Assembly: GCA_012295275.1 (NCBI GenBank)
Contig: CM022677.1
Coordinates: forward strand, 13,950,001-14,014,000
From: Chrysomallon squamiferum
Lineage: Eukaryota > Animalia > Mollusca
Direction of reading: 5' to 3'
DNA length: 64,000 nt
Shown here: piece by piece, positions 1-12,026 of the stretch
Layout: the number at the start of each line of letters is the position of its first letter
How positions within the stretch are numbered: position 1 is the first letter of the stretch
The notes under the pieces: model-generated
What the model saw: only the letters and a program-made list of their open reading frames with translations
What the model was told of the DNA's origin: nothing
Databases searched by the model: none
Made by a program: the position numbers and the translations under genes

Positions 1-785
1 TAGACATATTTCACTTCAGAAAATTAATTGATATACTTTTCTATTAACAATAGGAAAAGTCAGACAGCTACCTGTCATCTGCAGAAAATTATTCTTATTA
101 TCAAGTTAACGCGTTTTTAATAAAATATATCAAAATCTTCTTTGCTGTAACTGAAAATAAAATTTTATTTTTCGACTATGTCAAGGTTATCAAAATTTAG
201 TTTAAGAAACGACGCAATGTTGTTTTCTGTTACATACCCACATATTATTGTGAAACACGGCGCTGTATAACGTCAAACATTTTGTGTTTCACAATTAGAG
301 AATACAAAAAAGAAAGGTGATACTGCTGGAAAAGGTTATTAAAATCAAATAACGCCGTATAAATAAAGTAAATATTTCATTTTTATTTATGAAAAATAAA
401 ATTAAAAAATCATGTTTAGTTAATATGACAGAATGTAGAATCAGTAAAAATCGAGAATTACAGAACAGGTTAAGTGATAACAAAAAATGTTTAAACTTTA
501 ATAACAAATAAGTCATTGTGTGAGTATAAGTGCGTTATTATTAATTTTTTTCCCCACAATTTATTGATTATATATTACAGACAAATACGAGTATCTCTGG
601 ATAATGTATTAAGACTGCAGATGAAGAGAAGGCTTTTAGAGTCACAGCGGTTATTCTGACAAACTGAGAATTACATTTCTACAGATATCTGAAGAAAAAC
701 TGCGCGTCGGAATTTACGTTGTATTCACTGTCAGTATTTTTATTATTAACATGACATGTTTATATGATTAAATTGAGGTTTGTCT

Positions 786-855
<70 letters not shown>

Positions 856-2399
856 AAAAATTTTGAATGAGTACTGAGGTGTGTGTTTGATTGTTGTGGG
901 ATTTTTTTTATTTTTAATATTAAAAATAATAATAATAATATAAAATAAATAAAATAATGCGAATGAGCTAGCTATATTTTCTAAATATAGAAATATATTT
1001 TGTAGTACAGCAAACATATTATTATGTTAATATTTCAGATAAAATAGTGCTGACGGAAATAAATGACATAACGCAGTACAAATAGAGAAAATGTCAGGTT
1101 TTTTATTTTCATTTTTGTTTTATCAATCTTAGTTTACTTGTATAAGCTTTGCAAGCATTAGAAAAAAATACACACAATTGTTTTTCTTTCTTTTCTAATT
1201 TACTTTTTACTTCTTTTTTTTTTTCTTGCTGAGCACTGTTTATAAAAATATATTGAAACTTTTTTAAAAGCTTATGGCACAAGAGAAAAAATATTTTATT
1301 ATAAATGATATTAACATGATGAAGTACCTTTTCTGAAGACTGATAAAAAAGATATATATATATATATGTATATATAGTCTTTATGTGTAAGAGCCGTATG
1401 TAGTTTTAATAACGTCAAGACTATTAAATTTTGAGTATTTTTAATTGTTTAATAATAATAATAATAATAATGAAAGTGAATTCATTTACACAACAGTACT
1501 CACATTAATATATTTTATTCTCAACTTGTTAATGTAACCGTTCTGACTCTAGAAGACTGTACTTATAAATAATAAACTGATAGATAATTAAATGTATCTC
1601 ACTCTTCTCTGTCATATAGTCTTTTCTTTTTACAATATTTGTTAAATAAAGAATAAGGCAGCACTTAATAGTCTTAATAGTACGCAGCACATCTAATTAT
1701 CACTCTAATATGCTGTGTAAACATTAATTCTAGCGATCAAGCATTTCACTTTATAAAGGTTTATGTTGATTCATACCATCAGCCTGTAATTAATCTTCAC
1801 TTTTTGTCTGAAAGTCTGGTTTTCTATTAACTTGAACGTCACAACAGTAATTATCCTTTAGTTACTAGCAGTAGTGTAAATTAATATACTTTAATAGTAT
1901 GAATCATTTTCTGCAAATTTATTTAATGCAAAGTTTATATTTACTGCCAGTAGAGCTGTTTTAATGAATACACTGATATTTAGTTATAATAACCTATATT
2001 TTTTATTATTTTTGCTCAGTCTCAATTGACGTTTATGAACAGTGCTCCTATTACAAAATAAACGGGATATCTCAAGGTTAAAATATGCTGAAAAAGTTTT
2101 TAAAAAAGAAGAAAAATCACGTTTCAGTCATTTATTCTCAAGTTATCTGGTATATTAGATGAAGCTGCACGTAACAAGAAAATATCTGATAATTGTCTTT
2201 AATCAAACTCAATTTAAATCATTTTTCAAAGAAAGATTTATTTGAGTTAATCGTTATTTTCCGGCTGCCAAAACTGTCGCATATTATGACATCTAAAATA
2301 ATATTATGATGCTTGCTGAAGGACGACGTTAGTGTCATTTTTACATCATCTTCCTCTAAGAATTTTGTTTATACATGTAGAATTTGTTGATAGTGTAAA

Positions 2400-3280
2400 A
2401 CTAATGACGTAAGATAATTCTAATGCCAGTACCCCAAACCTTAATTCTGACGCAAACGCTACTTCTAATGATGATCCTAAAATTATTTTTCACATTATTA
2501 TAACATTTATAGTAATATTTACAATACCCTAACCCTAACCCTAACCCTAAGCTAAAGAAATACGTAACCTTCATTCTTATGCAAAGACGATTTCTAACTC
2601 TGACCAAAAAACTGTTTTCCACACTACCGTAATCCTAAGTCTTACCCAAACAATAACCCTAATCTTACCTCTAACCTAATCTAACCTCTAACCTAATCTA
2701 ACTCTAACCCTAACCTAAACCTAATCTAACCCTAGCTCAACTTCTAAACCTAAGTCCACAACGTGATTTCTTATGTTAACGCTCCTCCTAATGGTGACCC
2801 TCGTAAAACTGATAATAATCTTTAAATAAACATCACCTTAACCCTTACCATAACCCTAATTTAACCCTAACTTAACCCTAACCCTAACTTCATCCTAACC
2901 CTAATCCAGACTCAATCCCTAACACTAACGAGGTAGTTAAGTTTTATTCTAATGCCAACACTAACTCTGATCATAAAACGGTTTTGCAGGTTATCATAAG
3001 ACTCAATAATACATTTTGAATAATCCTAAAACTAACCACAGCCGAACTTCTAAAGCTAATCTTACTCAAGTCCCGATCCTTGATTCTTAACGCTACTTCT
3101 AATCGTGAGCCTAAAATTATTTTCCACATTATCATAACCCTCATAATAAAATTTACATAACCCGAGCCCGAACCCTAACCCTAACCTTACGCCCTAACTC
3201 TGACGCTAAAGAAGTGCCTAACGTTAATTCTTATGCACAGACTAGTTCTAACCCTGACCTTAAAACTATTATTAAGGTTA
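2400..3280. repeat. Degenerate satellite with interstitial telomere-like (TAACCC)n tracts
   Basis: Perfect CCCTAA runs at ~2527-2550, ~2863-2905 and ~3171-3187. The motif AACGCT(A/C)C(T)TC(C)TAAT recurs at ~2455, ~2778 and ~3089, a period of ~320 bp. Confidence 0.8.
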
Positions 3281-3745
3281 CTGCGGTAGATTTTACTTTT
3301 TAATCATTTGAACTACTTAAAATACTGGGTTTTTTAAACAGGTTGGAGCAAATTTTGAGAAATGAACACCGAGAAGAAATGTTCTTATTATTCTTTTATT
3401 ATTAATCTTTTTTCTTAACTTGTTTATACATTTTGACTGAATGTGGAGTCTATGAACACAGATAACGTGTTTTCAGTTTAATTAGGTAATTAACGTCATT
3501 CAGTACTTTTATTATTTTTGGCAGAGGTGTTACCACTTCTGCTTATCTTACTGTTTTTATTATTACTGTTGTTATTTATTTATTTATTGGTTAACTTGTT
3601 TATTTATGTATTTGTTTATTTGTTTATTTTTTATTTTTTTTATTTGCTGTTTATTAATATGTTTATATACATATTTTTTTATTTACTTATTTATCTTTTC
3701 TATGCGGGCGTCTAAATGTTTTATTTATTAAAAACTTGTACTGTT

Positions 3746-3835
<90 letters not shown>

Positions 3836-5239
3836 TAGATGAAACACAGGACACTGACAATATCAAACATAGAAATATTTATAGAGGAATTATTATTATT
3901 ATTATTACATGAATTTTATTTCAAATATTTTAAATTACATTAAACCATTAAACCAAGTTTTTTGTGTAAAAATTTTAGAATCAAAGAAGAGAAACCGGCT
4001 GCTTCACTATAATAAACATACGCGCACGCGCGCACACATATATATACATAAACGCATAGACACACATACATACATACATACACATATACAAATATATATG
4101 CTTATGTATGTGTATGAGCGAACATGCGTATGTGTGTGCGTGCGTATTTGATTTAATATGAATTCTTAGGTTCAGTTAAGTAAATCGCTGACAAGATATA
4201 TGTATGATAAAAATCACAAACGCACTGATTTGACCCAATAGCTTATGATTCTAATTTACCTTAGAAAATGAAAATAAATAAATAAATAAATAAATAAATA
4301 TACATAAAAGCAGATCGACTGTTGAAAAATAATAATAATAATAGCTCTCTCTCTCTGTAAAGCTGACTTTGTACACCAGATAAGAAAGGTGAGATAACAC
4401 CGAGAACTTTAGTCTTGACAAAGATTAGTAGGTCTTGTTTCGATCACTCGTGTTTTAATAATAGGTTAATTATGCACAAACTGAACACAGATAACAAATA
4501 TTTCAAACTGTGATCGTAGAAATAATCGAATTTACAATATATAATATAGTTAATTCAAATGCAACACAATTTTATTAGATTAAAAAAATGACTTTGGCAA
4601 TTTCAGACGATTTATAATTTTATCACAATGAAATTAAAATTTACAGAACAATTTAGATTTTACATGCAACCACAGCATTAGCATTTTTGTATTAGCAGTG
4701 GTGTAAGTAACACTAATAGTAGTAGATATAGCAGTAGTAGTAGTAATAGTAGTAGTAGAAAGACTAGTAGTACTAGCAGTCGTAGTAATATTCTTAGGGT
4801 ATGAATACATTTTTATATTATATTAATATAATAGTTGTGCGTGTCTGTGTTTATGTGTGTCTGTCTGTATTTATGTGTGTGTATTTGTGTGCGTGTGTGT
4901 CTGTATGCGTATGTCTGTGTATGTGTGTTTGTCTCTGTTTATCCTGAGTGTATTCTGTGTGTACGTGAGTGTATGATTTTAATTTTCGGTGTCTTAATTT
5001 CTCTTAAGTAATTTCATTCAGAATATATGTATTATGATGATAATAATACTAATATTATTATTATTATAATTATTATTATTATTATTATTATGATTATTAT
5101 TATTATTATTATGAGTTAACCCTTTTTAATTTTAAGTACTCCAGAAAAGCAGTATCTAACAATAAAGTTTTTTATTAAAACTGAACCTTGTCAACATGAG
5201 AGACAAATCTGAACACACGCGGGCTATATGCGACATTAA

Positions 5240-5284
<45 letters not shown>

Positions 5285-5542
5285 TAATAAATTCAAAAAC
5301 ATTCCACAGAATTCTCATAAAATAATACGTTTTCTATTGTAATTTTATTTATTTATTGTGTGTGTGTGTGTGTGTGTGTGGATGTGCGTGTGTGTGAAAC
5401 GTTGGCTTTACTGAGTTTATCTCTAGACAATCAATTTAAGTTAGCCAAGTAAACATTACTCTTGACACGACAGATTAGTAAGTCATGTTATCACAGACAC
5501 GTGTTTTAGTGAGTTGAACATACATAACTAAATATCTACATA

Positions 5543-7004
5543 TACTCTCCAAAAAACAAACGCAAAATGGTTGATTTCTTATCTATTGTAAACTAACACA
5601 TATCGATGAATATAATGACATTTGGTGATTCAAACGTATAGTTTTTGTTAAAGTCCCCAAAAAGCAGGTAACACAAAATAACGGCTATGATCGTGTGTAT
5701 TAGCCAAAACGTCCCCGCATGCAAACCACGTTACCAGTGCATGTGCACTTGCGGTACATGCAACTTCAAATCGAGGGTTATAAAAATGCAAGGTTTTCGA
5801 ATACTTCTGTTCGTTACTTTTGTTCTGACCCAACATCAAACAAATGCCACAACTGAGTGAACCGCAACGAAACAACGCCATCGGCCGTTTACAAACTGGC
5901 GAATCCTTCTCGGCCGTAGCCCGGGTGTTCCATGTATCCTCAAGCACCATCTTGAGATTGTGGTACCAGTTCCAGCAACACCAAACAACACGTGACCATC
6001 CCAGATCAGGTAGACCACGTGTAACCACCGGGGCCCAGGACCGCTACACACGGGTACTTCATCTACGGGAAAGAACCACCACGGCAACCTCTACTGCTTC
6101 AGCAATACCAGTCTGCATAGAATATCAGCTCAGACAGTGCGCAATCGTTTACGCGAGGCAGGTATTCAAGCAAGACAGCCTGTAAGAAGAGTGGTTTTGA
6201 CTCAACAACATCGTCCATTACGACGTCAGTGGTCTCAAGTGCACCGAGTCTGGCCTCAGTTACGATGGAGAACTGTCTCGGGTGACGAGACTCGATTTCT
6301 GCTTCGTCGATCTGATGGAAGACGTCGTGGTGAACATTTTGCTGCAAACTGCATACAGGAGGCGGACAGATTTGGTGGTGGTAGTGTGATGGTGTGGGCA
6401 GCAATCTCATACACTGGCCGGACCAACCTGGTTCACATCCAAGGCAACTTAATGGCACAGAGATACCGAGATGAAAATTTGCAGCCATATGTCACTCCAG
6501 TTATGAATAATGGTAACACTGTATTCCAGCACAACAAAGCGAGACCACATACAGCCAGACTCACAACAGCGTACCTACACAACAATAACATTCAGGTCCT
6601 GCCCTGGCCCTCTAAATCTCTGGATTTGAACCCCATAGAGCATTTATGGGATGAATTGGATAGACGACTGAGGCAGCATCAACCACAGCCACAGAATCGT
6701 GCTCAGTTGACATTATTACTACAGACAGAGTGGGCCACCATTCAACAAGGTGTAATTCGTAACGTCATTACTGCCATGGGAAGAGATGTCAGGCAGTTCT
6801 GGACTCCCATGGTGGGCACACAAGGTATTGATATTATACTGTTAAAACCTTGAACTTTAATCTTTTCAGTGTAATACCATCAATATTAATGAATTGCGAA
6901 AGTATGTGTAAAATGTGAACATTCTGCTGCTTTCTCTTGATCCATTAGATGGATATTCCCAATGTCACTACAATATATTTTTGCCTTTCGTTTTTGTTAG
7001 AGTA
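5543..7004 (+). mobile_element. Tc1/mariner DNA transposon, full length (~1.46 kb), decayed
   Basis: Imperfect TIRs: left TA|TACTCTCCAAAAAACAAACGCAAAA, right TTTGCCTTTCGTTTTTGTTAGAGTA|TA. TA target-site duplication on both sides, with a transposase inside. Confidence 0.93.
5844..6853 (+). pseudogene. Tc1-family DD34E-type transposase, frameshifted
   Basis: ORF 5844-6185 has the HTH region and RSGRPRVTT motif. ORF 6137-6853 has SGDETRF, GGGSVMVWAAI, FQHNKARPH (canonical FQxDNAxxH with the second catalytic Asp lost) and WPSKSLDLNPIEHLW. The coding region is split over two frames. Confidence 0.92.
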
Positions 7005-7780
7005 TAGCTTAAATAAATGATATTGTTAATATTAAAAAAAAATGTGATCATTAAGAAATTTGAATTTACAAGACAGTATTAGAAATAGCAGTTGTTATGG
7101 TAATAGTTATAGTAGTAGAAGTAGTAGCAGTTGGTAGTAGTAAAGACGTGCAGTATTAGTAACACTGGTAACAGTATGGTAGAAAGTAATTGAAGTACTA
7201 ATAATAGTTTAGTGGTATTGATATTGGTAGTGGTAGTAAAGCTGTAGCAGCAACAGTACTATTAGCAGTTTTATTAATAGTATTTTTAGTAGTAGTAGTA
7301 ATAATAACTGTTGTAGTGGTAGCTGTTGTTGTTTGTTTTATTTGTAAAACATAATATAAGGTAACAGCAGCGACAATGTTACAAAAATCTTGTAGCTGTA
7401 ATATTACAGGTAACAGTAGTTCTGACAAGTGAATATATAAACACCCCACCGTTATTTAAACAAACCCGGACCTGCTGTTTTGTCTCATGTTAAAGAGAAC
7501 AGATAAACGTATTTTGTTGATGAGTAATCTTTTTAATTGAAGTAATTATCAGTTTACTAAATAAGGCAATGGTTTGAAAATGTCATACCTCACCTGAGTT
7601 TTATCTCCATCACGAGATGGTCAAAGTTCACTTCAAGCGGATATATTAGATCACGTATTTGTGTGTTTTTCTCATACAACTGAAACCTGGTTTCCACGGT
7701 AACACAGCCTCGTTGTCATCGCTTTGCTAGAAAAATCCATCTTAGTAAGAAATCCATTTTATTTTATAAAAGTTGCATTT

Positions 7781-7856
<76 letters not shown>

Positions 7857-8617
7857 GTGAACTCATGTTGATGGAATACTTTCCAATTTTAGTTTTCTTG
7901 GATATGTGTATTTTTATAATATTATTTATTTATTTATTTATTATTATTATTATTATTATTGTTGTTGTTGATGTTTTTATTTTTATTATTATTATTAATA
8001 TTTTGCTTTGTTGATGTTATCAGTTTTAGTGAATTGAGTTTTACCTCGTGATAAATAAATCAATTTATTTCATGTAACATCGATTATTAAGTTAATTAGG
8101 TGCAGATAGAAATGTCTGTAAACGTTATATCTAATCAAACACTGTACAGTTTTCTAACAGTCCTTTTAAAAATCCAGATAATTTTTGAACACATACACAC
8201 ACAAACATACACACACATACACACATATTTCTATTTTTCCTTATTCACCATATTATCTGAATGTTTAATTAATGTTGATATTATGTATGTATGCGTACAC
8301 ACACACACACAGACATATACATATACAGACATACATGGATACGTATATATGTTTCTGTTCTTCTTGTTTTGGAATAAATACAAAAGCTAGGAAAACAACA
8401 AACAATTTCTACCCAGTGGTTAAATAGAGTATTTTTCTCTATCCTTCTACAAACGTATCGCTGTGTTTATTATTAGTACAAGAGTGAGATACTCTGACAA
8501 CCATTTTTAATTTTAATTACTCTTCAGATATTAGTTAGTTATCATTTTTATTGCTGTTTACCACAAGATTAAAAATCTTTCAGAACGTTTTAAATTATTT
8601 TTATTATTATTATTATT

Positions 8618-8657
<40 letters not shown>

Positions 8658-9374
8658 GTTGGTATCTTCTTCTCACTGTGTGTCGTCTGTCAAAACCAAC
8701 TTCAGTCACAAGTTGAAATTGCAGAGGACTACAGAACTATTTCCGGGTATTACATTTTTCATATCTTAAGACAAAAATATCGATTTAGAGATTTATTTAC
8801 TATCACTACTACTGAGAAATTACCTGCGGGGCTTACGATATAATACATTTTAAAATAAAATTTTCAAATTTTTATATTGTATAAGTTTATTTATTTATTT
8901 ATGTATTTATTTTTATTTATTTTTTTTCCATAGCAATTTTTTTTGTTTGTTATGAGATTTTGAAACCTGAAATTATTACACAGCATCATTCATGTACACT
9001 CAGATGTTTATTTTGTTGTTTTTGTTTTTATTTTGTGATTTTATTCTTTGTTCATTATAATTTATTACAGCTGACTTCATTTATTATATTAGTTCTGTCG
9101 TCTTCCTTCTCAAATAAAGTTTGACCTTACAAGGCTAAATTTAGCATGATCATAATGCACTTTAATAGTTCTCTAACTTAGAAATAAAATTAATAGTAAA
9201 TAAACAAGTAAACAGTTTACTGATGTATATTTATATTATGATGTTATATTTGCAAGTTTATATATTTATCATTTCATTTATTTATTTATTTATTTGTATA
9301 TACCATTGAATTAAGTGGAATTAATTTTTACTGCAGTCAGTGGTTTTCAACTGGTGTTCTTTGTTATCTCTAAA

Positions 9375-9436
<62 letters not shown>

Positions 9437-9575
9437 TTTTTTTTTATTTTTATTTTACTTTCTTACATTTTCCTTTCTCTGTATTTTTTTTTTTTTTTTT
9501 CTTTTTATCTTCTCAGATTCTTCCAAGTCCTTGCTGTTGTTGTTGTTGTTGTTGTTATTATTATTATTCACAGAT

Positions 9576-9861
9576 ATGGCAACAGCTGCAAACTCTGATG
9601 AAAATCTTTCGTGCTGCATTTGTACCGAACTTTTCAAGAAGCCGCGAATGTTAAACTGTGGACATTCGTTCTGCAGCAAATGCCTGCAGGACTATATAAG
9701 CCATAATTACGACAACAACGACATAGAAATCATCTGCCCGTTCTGCAGGCAGAACGTCCACATCCCAGACAGCACGAAACCAGTCAATACATGGGCAGAT
9801 CAATTCCCTATAAACCTTTCACTACAGAACGCCGCTAATGATCGGCTACAGTCAAAGTTTT
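9576..9861 (+). CDS. TRIM-like E3 ubiquitin ligase, coding exon 1 (C3HC4 RING)
   Basis: Acceptor TTCACAG ends at 9573 and the ATG is at 9576. Translation gives CCIC-x11-CGHSFCSKC...CPFCR followed by WADQFPINLSL. Donor GTGAGT at 9862, phase 1. Confidence 0.9.
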
Positions 9862-10141
9862 GTGAGTCAGCAGAGTTGTGTTTAGATTCGTTACAATACA
9901 GTACTAAAAAAAGATACAGTGATTATTTAACTAAAGATATATATGTTGCGTATTAACCATGACATCCTAAGAAATAGAGTAAATTTTATTTATGACATTT
10001 TTCTACTCAGATTTTTAAATTAGTTGATAAAATAAATGCTAAAACTTCACATTGTAGGCATATCATTATTAATAGTAAGTAGTCCTAGTTAATTATTTAA
10101 CTGACTGATTGATTGATTATTTATTTATTTATTTATTTCAG

Positions 10142-11640
10142 CTAAAAAGGGAGATCACATGTCACTTCTGAGTTCTGTTTCTGAAAGTCTCAAAACCTTT
10201 AAAGAAGCTCTTCAGACAGAGATGGATGATATGATTGAGCGACTTCGCCAAGCCGTCGACATCAACGTCGTGGACACCACAGAAGAGGTCAGAAGGATTG
10301 GTAACACACTAATCACAGATTTTACTGCCGCAGTCCGCAAAGAACAAGACAGGTTAATAAGAGAAATAGAAAAATCTCAGAACTTTGTAAACTCAGAAAT
10401 AGACGAATTATTCAATGAACACAAACATCTGATTGAGGAAAACGAAAAAATGATAAAATTGGGGGAAGATTTGCTGACAAGAAAATCAGAGTCAGATATA
10501 AAAATTAACATTTCAAAATTCACCAAACTTCAAAACACAACTTCCGAGTTTCTGTCCAAATCTCGTTCCCAAATAGAAAAAGCAAAGTTTAAAATAAATC
10601 TGATAAAATCTGACAAAAAGGCAGAAATGTCAGTCCACTTTGGAGAAATATCGACAAACATCCAAACAGACACACAGATAGACATTCTCAAACAGAAAGA
10701 CACCATTCTCAAACACATACACAACTCAAACATTGACACAACACACAGACACACAGAGAGACAGACAGACATACACACAGACACAACCCAACACACAACA
10801 CAAAACACAAACACAGACACACAGATAGACAGACAGACAGAAACACTCAAACACACAGACACCATTAACACAAAAACACAAGAAGATAAATTCAATCCTC
10901 GCCCGGTTTCCATGCTGGTGTCAGGTGCAGAAAAAAGCAAAATTGTTGTTAGTGATTATAACAATGTCTGTGTAAAATGTTTTTGTTTAGAAAGAAAATC
11001 ACTGATAAACAGATACGAAACTTCCTCTCCACCATTCGGTCTTGCTGAATCACGTGATCAGCGGGGTGATGTTGTTGTTGTTGCTGTGCCAGGTAAACGT
11101 AAAATATTGTTTTTAAATTTGAAAAACTTCAAACTGGTAAAAACAATTACAACTGTTAAACGGTATCGATATATCGCTGTGTTACCTGGCAACCGTCTCG
11201 CGGTCACTGAGTACAATGGTCAGTGTTTGGACATACTGACAGACAGTGGCCAGCTTATTAATTCTATCACAACAGATTTGATCCCCAGACCGTCGTGTCT
11301 CACAGTTCACGATCAATGTCTGATTGTTGTGTCAGAGAGAGAACATGTAAACAGTTTAGTTTGTGTGATGTCATCAGGTGACGTCAAATGGAAGTCACAT
11401 GGTTCAGACAGACTGAGACACTTGACAGGTGTTACATGTGACAGGGAGGGAAATATTTTTGTTTGTGATTTTAATAGAAATTGTGTTGTTCAGTTGAAAC
11501 GAGATGGTAAAATTACACGTGACATCCTCACTGACCAGGATGGACTGTCCAGACCTTGGTGTGTCTGTTGTGATCACAAAAAATTGTACGCGGGAGAGTG
11601 CTTCGGAAAAATAAAAATATTCACATGGTGTAAAAAGTAA
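10142..11640 (+). CDS. TRIM-like E3 ligase, coding exon 2 (coiled coil, T/H/Q/D-rich linker, NHL-type beta-propeller)
   Basis: Acceptor TTTCAG ends at 10141, and the phase-1 join is in frame with ORF 10159-11640 (total 1785 nt, 594 aa). Blade motifs include IVVSDYNN, PFGLA, IAVLPGNRLAVT, LTGVTCDREGNIFVCDFNRNCVVQL and GLSRPWCVC. Confidence 0.9.
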
Positions 11641-11946
11641 ACTTCAACCTGTCTGCTAAGTTAGTTTCACTTAAACTGTTTTGAAATTGAAAGTCCACAG
11701 ACATTTCTTTCTTTACATGAACTGATAAATAAACAGAAAATTAGTTATATTATTTATTTACTTATTAATTTAGTTACTTCGTTTAATTTCATCTTTTTTT
11801 ATTAAAATTATAATAACTAAATCATTAATTCGTTATTATATTTTAAATTATGGTTATTATTCTTAAAGTCTCGTTTAAAAAATACCAAATTGCAAGATAA
11901 ATTTCAAAACAAAATGTGATTTACTTTTGAAATTTTCACCCAGTTT

Positions 11947-12026
<80 letters not shown>

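Noticed and set aside
295-4151. Short low-complexity ORFs here and throughout (poly-L/I/Y, SLSL, CVCV, THTH)
   Set aside because: They are translations of microsatellites and AT-rich DNA with no domain signal.
7440-7760. TRIM promoter and non-coding first exon with IRF/NF-kB-like sites (donor-like GTAAGA at ~7745)
   Set aside because: Plausible, but the motifs are too degenerate to support from sequence alone.
9315-9575. N-terminal poly-Leu extension of the RING ORF
   Set aside because: It is intronic TTA/TTG microsatellite upstream of a clear acceptor at 9573.
10530-10940. Antisense ORF over the TRIM linker, and antisense ORFs over the Tc1 transposase
   Set aside because: They are shadow frames of repetitive or coding sequence.
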